A stretch of 64,000 nucleotides of DNA from positions 28,967 through 92,966 of the IMG/VR virus record IMGVR_UViG_3300047471_000729. One strand, 5' to 3'. Each line of letters begins with the position of its first letter. Position 1 is the stretch's first letter. Positions 53,671-61,929 of the stretch are shown one piece after another. The position numbers and the translations under genes were made by a program. Under the pieces are notes generated by a model that saw only the letters and a program-made list of their open reading frames with translations, had not been told where the DNA came from and did no database searches. The stretch comes from a virus.

Positions 53671-54102
53671 ATGGAGAAGCGTCGTCTAGATGATCTGTGG
53701 GCCTATGACAAGTTCAGTCGTGCAGTAAAGGAAGAGCACGGCCTTGATCCTAGGAGCCACATTCGTTACCTTGAAGACCGTCGCGGTTGTTGCGTTGTTC
53801 TCGTCGTAAAGAAAAGCTCTTATAGCTGGGCTATCGACGAGGGCAATTTCAATTGGCTAGTCAACCTGCAGCGTCGCAATCGTGTAGACCAGACTTATGT
53901 TGCTCTGGTTGAGGATTGGGATAATGGAGAGATCATCAACTATGACACTGCGTTGAATGTTGACAGTCGCCTTCGCAATGTCCCACCCAATAACGGTGAT
54001 GACGGAGGCACTTATTGGTGGGTGGACGAGAATTTCACCCCCAGCGGTGGTACCGGTGGTGTGCTGAGTAGGGGTCGCACCCTCACGAAGTCGCCGTTCT
54101 AA
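53671..54102 (+). CDS. Hypothetical protein
   Basis: AAGGAGG RBS. Confidence 0.65.
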   Translation: MEKRRLDDLWAYDKFSRAVKEEHGLDPRSHIRYLEDRRGCCVVLVVKKSSYSWAIDEGNFNWLVNLQRRNRVDQTYVALVEDWDNGEIINYDTALNVDSRLRNVPPNNGDDGGTYWWVDENFTPSGGTGGVLSRGRTLTKSPF

Positions 54103-54621
54103 ATGAAGGCAGGTTCCGGTAAAGGTAAAGGGGCAGCTTTCGAGCGTGAAGTCTCTCGAAGGCTGTCCCTTTGGTTATCGGAGGGTAAGCGAGATGATCT
54201 CTTGTGGCGCAGTGCTATGAGTGGTGGTCTCGCTACCTTACAATATAGAAAAGACAAGATAAATTTAACACAATCTGGAGATCTGAGTGCGGTAGGGGAA
54301 GGTGCGTACGAATTCTGTGAAAAGACCTTTGTTGAATGTAAGCACTATCAGGATTTGCAGATAGGCCGTTCCATTGTAAATAAGACAGGTGGGTTGATTA
54401 CCTTCTGGAAGATAGTGGTTAGGGAGGCTCGTAAGTATGATAAACGACCTCTGTTGATTGCAAAGCAGAATAGGTATCCCACTATTGTAGTCACTGATAC
54501 AAGGCATCCTCGTCTCTGGTTAAACCCTATTGTAACAGTGGACCACTGGGAAGTGCCTGCCTTCGTATATAATTTTGACAGTGTTACAAGTGTACGTAGA
54601 CCGCTTAGGAGAGGTAATTGA
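54103..54621 (+). CDS. Holliday-junction resolvase (Hjc-like PD-(D/E)XK)
   Basis: KGAAFEREV, GDL, VECKHY. Confidence 0.8.
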   Translation: MKAGSGKGKGAAFEREVSRRLSLWLSEGKRDDLLWRSAMSGGLATLQYRKDKINLTQSGDLSAVGEGAYEFCEKTFVECKHYQDLQIGRSIVNKTGGLITFWKIVVREARKYDKRPLLIAKQNRYPTIVVTDTRHPRLWLNPIVTVDHWEVPAFVYNFDSVTSVRRPLRRGN

Positions 54622-54622
54622 A

Positions 54623-54820
54623 ATGGATATTAACTTGAAGAATGCTTATACAAAACTTATCAATAAGCATTATTCAGCGGTTCAAACCGACACGCTTCTA
54701 GGTAATTGCGCAGATGATGATAAGTTTCTTAGACTTGAAAGAACTGCCAAACAATTCTGGGCAGACTATCACGAAGCTGAAAAAGAATTTCTCGCATTGT
54801 TGGAAGGAAAGGGTAATTGA
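54623..54820 (+). CDS. Hypothetical protein
   Basis: GAGG RBS; flanked by 15-bp direct repeats. Confidence 0.55.
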   Translation: MDINLKNAYTKLINKHYSAVQTDTLLGNCADDDKFLRLERTAKQFWADYHEAEKEFLALLEGKGN

Positions 54821-54821
54821 A

Positions 54822-55100
54822 ATGGACGACGAAAAGAAAGTAATGATTCCAGTCATTCAATTTGGTGGGATGCGCCCGCCGCGTATCCGTGGCCCCGGTG
54901 AGGAGCTAAGCCGCCGCATGGGTGAAGGCTTTTCAGAGGCAATGGGTGATGAGGCGATTCGGGCTGACTTGGTGCTGGAAGTATTGGCCGTTTGGGTCAC
55001 CGCACTGATTAAGGTACATCCGTCATGCCAGGAATATCTGGAAGGGTTCTTTATGGAGACGCTGGCGAATAGTTTATCCGAAGGTAATTCTATTCAATAG
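54822..55100 (+). CDS. Hypothetical protein
   Basis: Starts MDDEKK after GAAAGGG. Confidence 0.55.
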   Translation: MDDEKKVMIPVIQFGGMRPPRIRGPGEELSRRMGEGFSEAMGDEAIRADLVLEVLAVWVTALIKVHPSCQEYLEGFFMETLANSLSEGNSIQ

Positions 55101-55109
55101 AGTAGGTGG

Positions 55110-55346
55110 ATGATGACTGATCTAAGTGGATTCACGTTATTTAAGACAGGTGGGCGTTGGCAATTGTCAACTCGGCAGGAAGGACGTGATGGTTGGGATG
55201 TCCGATTCATAGGTAATGAGCTTGCACAGGATATTTTTGAGAAGATCGCTACTGGTGTAGAACTTCCACCGGTTGTACATAGGAAAGTATTAGCATTATC
55301 ACCGGATCCTATTGTAGCTAAGCCTAAGTTTGTTCGGGGAAACTAA
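55110..55346 (+). CDS. Hypothetical protein
   Basis: Coupled to the SbcD-like gene. Confidence 0.55.
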   Translation: MMTDLSGFTLFKTGGRWQLSTRQEGRDGWDVRFIGNELAQDIFEKIATGVELPPVVHRKVLALSPDPIVAKPKFVRGN

Positions 55347-56317
55347 TGTACCTGCTCTTTACCGACACCCATTGGGATGACAATCCTGTTAATGAATACC
55401 GGTGGCAGATCTTTGATAAAATCGAAGAGATTAAGACTCAATACCCGATTACCCACACGTTTAATCTCGGCGATGCGGTTGATCGTAAGGATAGGTTTAC
55501 TGGTGCTTTTGTCAATCGTCTGTTTGAGCATCTTAAACAAGTGGCACCCATAACAATACTTCGTGGTAATCATGATACCACGCTTCGTCCTCCTAATTAT
55601 TTTGATTTTATGTCTGAGGAGTTTCTCAGATCCAAGATCAACTATGTGGCAAAACCAGTCCCGTTCAATGATGGATTACTATTGTTACCATTCTCTGCAA
55701 AGCCAAAAGAAGATTGGAAGGGACTCAATTTTAGGGACTACAAAGCTGTATTTATGCACGCTACAGTCACCGGTGCTATCATTGAAAACGGGCAAGTAAT
55801 GGAGAACCGAGGGTTCCCAATGATACCCGGTGATGTAAAGTTTTATAGTGGTGACGTCCATGTACCACAAGACGTTCGCAATATTACTTATGTTGGTTGT
55901 CCTTACCCTATTAAGTTTGGTGATAGGTTTCCCTGCCGTATATTACTTCTTGATGAAGATACTTTTCTCATAATGGAAGAGATCAAACTAACCCCTCCAC
56001 GTAAGCTCATGGTTGATATTAGGGATATTGAAGGGTTAGAAAAGATAAGAGTAAGGCAAGGTGATCAAGTAAAGATACGATTTTCCTGCAATCCTGCTGA
56101 TATAGATTCCTTTGGACAGACCGAAGCTGCAATCTTGCGGTGGGCAAAAGAGCGTGGGGTAACGATCGCCGGTACAGAAGTGATCGTAAGCTCCACGTAT
56201 AATAGGGATGTAGACACCAATCAGACACCTGAAATGATACTTAGGCGGTTTGCCGAACATGAAGGATTGACTGATGATATGCTTGGGGTTGGATTGATTA
56301 TGTTGAAGGAGATGTAG
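55346..56317 (+). CDS. SbcD/Mre11/gp47-like nuclease
   Basis: DTH, LGD..D, GNHD, MH, GDVH metallophosphoesterase motifs. Confidence 0.88.
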   Translation: MYLLFTDTHWDDNPVNEYRWQIFDKIEEIKTQYPITHTFNLGDAVDRKDRFTGAFVNRLFEHLKQVAPITILRGNHDTTLRPPNYFDFMSEEFLRSKINYVAKPVPFNDGLLLLPFSAKPKEDWKGLNFRDYKAVFMHATVTGAIIENGQVMENRGFPMIPGDVKFYSGDVHVPQDVRNITYVGCPYPIKFGDRFPCRILLLDEDTFLIMEEIKLTPPRKLMVDIRDIEGLEKIRVRQGDQVKIRFSCNPADIDSFGQTEAAILRWAKERGVTIAGTEVIVSSTYNRDVDTNQTPEMILRRFAEHEGLTDDMLGVGLIMLKEM

Positions 56318-56551
56318 ATGTTAAAGGGGATCGCTGAAGAAAAGGACGGTCGCAAAGTTGTACTGATTGGCCTGTCACGTAAAAATCTAGAAATACTTAT
56401 GGCTGAAATGTTAGATACTCACATCAGGGTATCTGGCAAGGAAATGGGCATCCCCATGGATATACTCATTTTCTCTGGTGAGACCGAAGAAGTAATGTCG
56501 CTTATGATGACTCAGAAAAATACCAAGATGTATCTACATTCGGATGAGTAA
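56318..56551 (+). CDS. Hypothetical protein
   Basis: AAGGAG RBS; IGLSRKNL...IFSGETEE. Confidence 0.6.
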   Translation: MLKGIAEEKDGRKVVLIGLSRKNLEILMAEMLDTHIRVSGKEMGIPMDILIFSGETEEVMSLMMTQKNTKMYLHSDE

Positions 56552-56783
56552 GCAACGATGGGGAAATTACGGTATTAGATGGGAAAAGGGCTTCTGGGTA
56601 GTTCATATCATCTGGATGTATTATGGTGGTGATCGTCATTGGTGTTCCAGTAGTCGTATGTTAAAGCGCAGATCCAAATCATTGCCTCGATTGTTAGAGA
56701 AGATGTCTAATGCTGAAGCGGTGATGCTGTTTCCTACTGCGGAGAAATGTAATGTCATCGTTCAAACCGACTCTTTGCATTGA
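56544..56783 (+). CDS. Hypothetical protein
   Basis: Overlapping ORF in operon. Confidence 0.4.
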   Translation: MSKQRWGNYGIRWEKGFWVVHIIWMYYGGDRHWCSSSRMLKRRSKSLPRLLEKMSNAEAVMLFPTAEKCNVIVQTDSLH

Positions 56784-57147
56784 TTTTGATGGTGTGATCC
56801 ATCATTACTCTAGAGGTTGGCAGGATGGGGCTATCTATGATGATGCTGTCCCTGGATTCTTTGAATGGTTAAAAATAACGCAGAAGCACTTTCGGATCGT
56901 TATCTATTCTTCTCGATCGGATACACCTGAAGGTATTGAATTAATGAAAGATTGGCTAACTAAACAATACGCTGTATGGCTTCGTGGAACCGGGAATGTA
57001 GGGGTCATTGAGGAGATTGAGTTTTCTAATGTTAAGCCACCCGCTTGGTTGACTATTGATGATCGAGCAATTCACTTTAAGGGTGATTGGTCTGCACCGG
57101 AACTTAGTGTTGATGCTATGCTTAACTTTAAACCATGGAATGGCTAG
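56752..57147 (+). CDS. HAD-superfamily hydrolase-like protein
   Basis: IDFDGVI, SSR, KP, IDDRA. Confidence 0.8.
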   Translation: MSSFKPTLCIDFDGVIHHYSRGWQDGAIYDDAVPGFFEWLKITQKHFRIVIYSSRSDTPEGIELMKDWLTKQYAVWLRGTGNVGVIEEIEFSNVKPPAWLTIDDRAIHFKGDWSAPELSVDAMLNFKPWNG

Positions 57148-58932
57148 ATGAAACGGGTCGATTTAATACGAGTTGACCTGTCAAACTTTCGTTCCTTTGT
57201 GCGGGCTACTAGTATTGAGTTTAGTCCTAGTGCTGGGCTGAAGCTTATTAGTGGCAGCAATGAAATGGAACCTGCACTGGGGGCAAATGGTGCGGGCAAG
57301 TCTACTGTATGGGATGCGGTATGTTGGTGTGTATCTGATAGATCGATCAAGGGGCTTAGGACATCTGAGTTAGTTAGTTATGGTAAGGATAAGACTCAAG
57401 TAACAACGTATTGGGATATTGAAGGTATAATAGTTAGAGTGGACCGCACGGGTCCACCCAGTCATGTCTTTATTGATGGTGATCCAGCCACCACAGAAGA
57501 TGTTGAGCGTCTATTAGGATTGTCTCGGTCTAGATTTCTCAACTCAGTGATCTTTGGGCAAGCTGTACCCCTGTTTATAGACCTACCCGTACCGGCACGT
57601 GGAGACCTGCTGGACGAGGTCTTAGATCTCGAGCTATGGATGCAGGCCGCAGATAAAGCTAGTGTACAGCACCGGAGCAAGGCTGCAGAGCTGGTGGAAC
57701 TACAGAATACCATTGCAAGGGTCACTGGCCGCATAGAAGGTCTCCCAGATGTCGATAGACTAGCTGAAATGGAGGGTAACTGGGAGGATGAAAGAAAGGC
57801 TAGAGTACGTCAGTTAAAGACCAGGCTTAAGATTGTACAGGGTGAATTGAGAACATTAGGCATTCCAACTGAGGATGTAGTTGTAGATGTTGCAGCTCGA
57901 AAGAAGGAGTACGAAGCTCAGCGGTATAGGCTGCACGCATACGAAAGGGAAAGTGGAAAGCTTAGGGCAAAGTGGGATAGGTTTGTTGAGGAGATGACAT
58001 TTATTGAAGAGAATAGTGCATGTCCCGTCTGCGGGCAGGATATTGGGAAGGAGTACGCTGAAATCCATGGTCAACACCTGAAGGAAGGGTGCGAGAAGGC
58101 ATTTGAAGAGCTTGAGGCCCAGAAATCGCTGATAGAACGTGCTGCAAATCGACTAAAAGCCTTAGAATCGGCTTGGACGGCCGCCATGCAAGCAGAATCT
58201 GCAGCCAAGCAAGCATTTGCAGTGATAAAGGCTAACGTGGTAGCAAAAACCAGGGAGGTAAAAGGCCTTCAGGAACAGGTAGACCAAGCTAATGCTGAAG
58301 TAAATCCCTATACAGAACAGAAGATCAAGGCTTTACATGATAAGGATCTTCTTGAAGCTGAATTACTATTTAAGCGAGATGAGGAAAAAGCACAGGTATC
58401 CCATCTTGCAAAACTTAACTATTGGCGGCAGGGGTTTAGAAAGGTTCGCTTGTTCTGTCTTGAAAACGTATTACAAGAGTTAACAGTAGAAACAAGGAAT
58501 TCTCTGTTAGCATTGGGATTGATTGGTTGGAAGATTGCCTTTAAAACAGCAACAGAGACCAAGTCTGGATCAGTAAAGTTAGGTGTGCAGGTGGATGTTC
58601 ACCCACCAAATGCTACACATGGTAGGTTTAGTAAGTTTGATGTCTTAAGTGGTGGTGAAGGGCAGCGGGCAAGACTGGCGGGTAGTTTGGGTCTTGCCAG
58701 TCTGGTGCAAAGATGGGCAGGAGTCCACTATAACTTTGAAGTGTGGGATGAACCGACCGCGTGGTTGTCCTCTGAGGGTGTTGAGAATTTGTTGGATTGT
58801 TTGTCTTACAGGGCAGATTCACAACAAAAGAGTGTTTGGTTGTGTGATCATAGAGCATTGATGCATAGTTCCTTTGCAGAGACTTATTCAGTCGTAAAAA
58901 ATAATTTAGGAAGCCACTGGGAAAGGGTTTAG
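57148..58932 (+). CDS. SbcC/Rad50/gp46-like ATPase
   Basis: NGAGKST, CPVCGQ zinc hook, LSGGE, WDEP, DH. Confidence 0.92.
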   Translation: MKRVDLIRVDLSNFRSFVRATSIEFSPSAGLKLISGSNEMEPALGANGAGKSTVWDAVCWCVSDRSIKGLRTSELVSYGKDKTQVTTYWDIEGIIVRVDRTGPPSHVFIDGDPATTEDVERLLGLSRSRFLNSVIFGQAVPLFIDLPVPARGDLLDEVLDLELWMQAADKASVQHRSKAAELVELQNTIARVTGRIEGLPDVDRLAEMEGNWEDERKARVRQLKTRLKIVQGELRTLGIPTEDVVVDVAARKKEYEAQRYRLHAYERESGKLRAKWDRFVEEMTFIEENSACPVCGQDIGKEYAEIHGQHLKEGCEKAFEELEAQKSLIERAANRLKALESAWTAAMQAESAAKQAFAVIKANVVAKTREVKGLQEQVDQANAEVNPYTEQKIKALHDKDLLEAELLFKRDEEKAQVSHLAKLNYWRQGFRKVRLFCLENVLQELTVETRNSLLALGLIGWKIAFKTATETKSGSVKLGVQVDVHPPNATHGRFSKFDVLSGGEGQRARLAGSLGLASLVQRWAGVHYNFEVWDEPTAWLSSEGVENLLDCLSYRADSQQKSVWLCDHRALMHSSFAETYSVVKNNLGSHWERV

Positions 58933-58958
58933 TTATCGTATAAAATAAGTATTCAGCT

Positions 58959-59246
58959 GTGGGGATAGCTATGGTATGGATCCCTCCTCAAGATATTAAC
59001 CTCTCTCCACCTCCTGAAGATGGTGAAGAATTAAAGAAGACATTGATGCGTCGTCGGGAGATACGTGGCACAGGTGTATGTGCCATGTGTGAGAATTCGG
59101 TATTTGGTCGTGATTTAACACTTGATAATGATGATGGTATTTGTGAGCTCGGGGATTTTGAAGGGGGAGATATTTTGTGTTTTTGGTGCTTTGAGGATTA
59201 CGTATTTGGTGACCCTAATGACTTTACACCTGGAGGACATGCGTGA
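58959..59246 (+). CDS. Small Cys-motif protein
   Basis: CAMC...CFWC. Confidence 0.5.
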   Translation: MGIAMVWIPPQDINLSPPPEDGEELKKTLMRRREIRGTGVCAMCENSVFGRDLTLDNDDGICELGDFEGGDILCFWCFEDYVFGDPNDFTPGGHA

Positions 59247-59698
59247 TGTATCAGGTAGTCAAGCGCTACGGTCATGAAGAAGGTTGGTCTTGTACATTCC
59301 GGCAACATCGAGCAACTCACTCTCATTGCCGGTTTATACATGGTTACCCACTAGCATTTGAAATCACTTTTGAATGCGAATTTCTTGATGCTCGTAACTG
59401 GTGTATAGACTTTGGTGGACTGAAGCCACTAAAGGCTTGGCTCCAGTCAATGTTTGATCACAAGATGCTTGTTGCGGAAGATGATCCGCAGATTGAGTTC
59501 TTTAAGCTAATCGCAGACGGTGGTAATGCCATTGCCGACATTGTTATTGTACCCGATGTTGGATGTGAAAAGTTTGCTGAAATGGCCTATTATGAAGCGG
59601 ATCGAATACTTGGGGAGATTGGAGAGAAGCCTAGGGTTAAATTGAGGTCTGTGCGAGTGTCTGAGCATGGAGGCAATAGTGCCATCTTCTCAGGATGA
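59243..59698 (+). CDS. queD: 6-carboxytetrahydropterin synthase
   Basis: HSHCRFIHGY, IDFGGLK, FDHK, CEKFA, SEH..NSA. Confidence 0.9.
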   Translation: MMYQVVKRYGHEEGWSCTFRQHRATHSHCRFIHGYPLAFEITFECEFLDARNWCIDFGGLKPLKAWLQSMFDHKMLVAEDDPQIEFFKLIADGGNAIADIVIVPDVGCEKFAEMAYYEADRILGEIGEKPRVKLRSVRVSEHGGNSAIFSG

Positions 59699-59939
59699 TT
59701 TTTTTGAGTTTCGGCCGAGAGGTGTCTTAGCTCATCGAGGTGATCGATTGGAGCAGCTTCGCGAATTACGGCAAGCTGGTGCACCTCGTTTTATGGTGCG
59801 ACATAATCAATTAAGTCTGTGGGCATACAGACAAGCGTTAAAGAACCCTGCATACTTTTGCAAGGATGTAACCATTCCTGGTCTGCAAGAGAATTTCGTT
59901 AAGTTTGTTATGATACACTATACAGCGGGACGAACATAA
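59667..59939 (+). CDS. Hypothetical protein
   Basis: Between queD and queE; TAATG-coupled to queE. Confidence 0.5.
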   Translation: MEAIVPSSQDDFFEFRPRGVLAHRGDRLEQLRELRQAGAPRFMVRHNQLSLWAYRQALKNPAYFCKDVTIPGLQENFVKFVMIHYTAGRT

Positions 59940-60643
59940 TGCCCGATACGATCCTCATAGCGGAATTGTTTGGTCCTGTTCTGCAAGGGGAGGGTGCACT
60001 AGCGGGAAAGGCTAGTCACTTTATTCGCACTAGTGGTTGCAGTTACCGTTGCACTTGGTGTGACTCTATGCACGCTGTTGACCCAGATCAGATTCAAGCA
60101 AATTCTAGAAAGATGCCTATTGAAGATATTCTTAGAGAGGTAGAGGAACTACCAAAGGTTCCCTGGGTTACATTATCTGGTGGTGATCCGGTTGCTTGGG
60201 ATTTGACTCATTTATGTCTTGAATTAAAGATGATGGGTTACAAGGTTGCTGTTGAAACGCAAGGTGCATTGTGGAATGACTGGCTTGAATTTTCTACCTT
60301 TGTAACCTGTTCCCCCAAACCACCCAGTAGTGGGATGGTGGATAGGCTGGACATTGCAATCTTACAAAAGTATTCAGTTAGGTTTCATGACAATATGGTG
60401 TTCAAGATAGTTGCTTTTGATGATGAAGATCTTGACTTTGTTCAACGTATACATCGCGCCTTCCCAATGATTCCGATGTACATCACGGCTGGTACTCCGG
60501 CAGGTGAAGTGTTTGTCCGCAGGAACATTATCGAAGGGTTCCGCAAGATATCTGAATCTGTATTAAAACGTCCTCAGTTATTTGATGTGACGGTGGGTAT
60601 ACAACAACATGCCCTAATGTATGGGCGGGAGTTGGGGAGATAG
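59939..60643 (+). CDS. queE: 7-carboxy-7-deazaguanine synthase (radical SAM)
   Basis: ELFGPVLQGEG, CSYRCTWCDS, LSGGDP, VETQG, SPKPPSSG. Confidence 0.93.
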   Translation: MPDTILIAELFGPVLQGEGALAGKASHFIRTSGCSYRCTWCDSMHAVDPDQIQANSRKMPIEDILREVEELPKVPWVTLSGGDPVAWDLTHLCLELKMMGYKVAVETQGALWNDWLEFSTFVTCSPKPPSSGMVDRLDIAILQKYSVRFHDNMVFKIVAFDDEDLDFVQRIHRAFPMIPMYITAGTPAGEVFVRRNIIEGFRKISESVLKRPQLFDVTVGIQQHALMYGRELGR

Positions 60644-60808
60644 ATGGAAGAGATTCGCTTTACCGAGTGTCCGGAATGCGGTAAAGAGGTAAAGTATCTG
60701 TGGGATGGAGGAGTCATCCCAACGGAACAATACGTTTTGATTGTCGATTCGATATATCATACCAAGTGCTGGGAGAAGTTAGTTGACGAGCACCCGACAG
60801 AAGGTTAA
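60644..60808 (+). CDS. Small zinc-finger protein (54 aa, not in the ORF track)
   Basis: CPEC...HTKC; GGGGAG RBS. Confidence 0.5.
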   Translation: MEEIRFTECPECGKEVKYLWDGGVIPTEQYVLIVDSIYHTKCWEKLVDEHPTEG

Positions 60809-61202
60809 TCTATTCTGGTCTGATATTGATCACGCGAGTAATCGTTTGATTAAGAAGATGCGAGAGGATTCAATTGTAAAGCCTACAAGTATAATCATGC
60901 CGGTATATCGTGGTGGATTAGTTCCTGGTTCAATGCTTGCCTATGAGTTTGATATTAAGGAGTTGATATGTATTGATCCAAAGATTAGTTATGTTATGTC
61001 TCATTACTCTGATTTGATAGTTGTTGATGACGTTTATGACACGGGTTCGACTTTTGCAAAATTGCAAAACTTCTACCCACACGCTACTTACGTCGCATTG
61101 TTCTCCAAGATTCCTTACGGTTGTCATTACTATGGTAAGCTGGTGGATCCAGATGATTGGTTGGTGTTCCCTTGGGCAAAGAATGATGAAGTAAACAGAT
61201 GA
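60783..61202 (+). CDS. Type I phosphoribosyltransferase (xanthine-guanine PRT-like)
   Basis: RGGLVP, PRPP loop VVDDVYDTGST, WLVFPW. Confidence 0.88.
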   Translation: MTSTRQKVNLFWSDIDHASNRLIKKMREDSIVKPTSIIMPVYRGGLVPGSMLAYEFDIKELICIDPKISYVMSHYSDLIVVDDVYDTGSTFAKLQNFYPHATYVALFSKIPYGCHYYGKLVDPDDWLVFPWAKNDEVNR

Positions 61203-61402
61203 ACCGTTACGAAGACCCAAAAGATCCATTCAATAGTGACTTCTATTGGACGGGTAAAGCATGTATTGAAAAGGGTTGTGAAAAGCCTGCTGGAACGTAT
61301 TGGTCTCGGCTTTGGTGCTTTGATCACAATGTTAAAAGAATGCGTCGGATAGATAAGTCTCTTGAACCATTTCGGCATGTGTTAGATGAGAAATCCTCCT
61401 AA
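61199..61402 (+). CDS. Small Cys/His protein
   Basis: CIEKGC...WCFDH. Confidence 0.55.
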   Translation: MNRYEDPKDPFNSDFYWTGKACIEKGCEKPAGTYWSRLWCFDHNVKRMRRIDKSLEPFRHVLDEKSS

Positions 61403-61583
61403 ACCCATCCGGGTGTTCTTTAGTCCATTGTCTCGTCGCTTTTACGCGACTCGAGCATACCGTGAAGAAGAAAATGGTCTAATCATTGTCACCGGGGAGA
61501 AGTTTGATGTAACTAATGACATCGCTGGGTTGATTGAACAGCATAACGTCACATTCAAGATACGAGAAGAGGTGGAGGAATAG
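61386..61583 (+). CDS. Hypothetical protein
   Basis: SPLSRRFYA...VTGEKFDVT, a common small phage protein pattern. Confidence 0.55.
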   Translation: MRNPPKPIRVFFSPLSRRFYATRAYREEENGLIIVTGEKFDVTNDIAGLIEQHNVTFKIREEVEE

Positions 61584-61925
61584 ATGGCGTTCATTCTTGA
61601 AATTCAAATGGATAACGTAAAGCATCATCTGGTGATGCCGGATATGGACACGGCCAAATGCTGGCTTGCTAAGCTTGAACCCCATGTTGGTGTCCGCTTT
61701 AAGAATCGTGAGACCGAACAAATGCGGATACCGTCAGTGGAGGGCGAGGCCGTTATCTCTTTGGAGCACATCATCAGTGCGCGGGCGATCGACGGGAAGA
61801 TCTATCAAGACGCAGTTTCGGAAGAGAGAATCGCCGAGCGCACCGAGTTCGCCAATATATTCCGTAAGGTTGACTCTGAAATCTGGGAGAAGATCTTAGA
61901 ACGACTAGAGTCTAAAAAGGAGTAA
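61584..61925 (+). CDS. Hypothetical protein
   Basis: GGAGG RBS. Confidence 0.6.
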   Translation: MAFILEIQMDNVKHHLVMPDMDTAKCWLAKLEPHVGVRFKNRETEQMRIPSVEGEAVISLEHIISARAIDGKIYQDAVSEERIAERTEFANIFRKVDSEIWEKILERLESKKE

Positions 61926-61929
61926 ACCA

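Noticed and set aside
37339-61202. Ordinary queuosine tRNA-modification (auxiliary metabolic) cluster
   Set aside because: No queF, queA or queG and no tRNAs seen; the TGT-like protein lacks the bacterial Tgt Zn motif and sits among DNA replication genes, favouring DNA modification.
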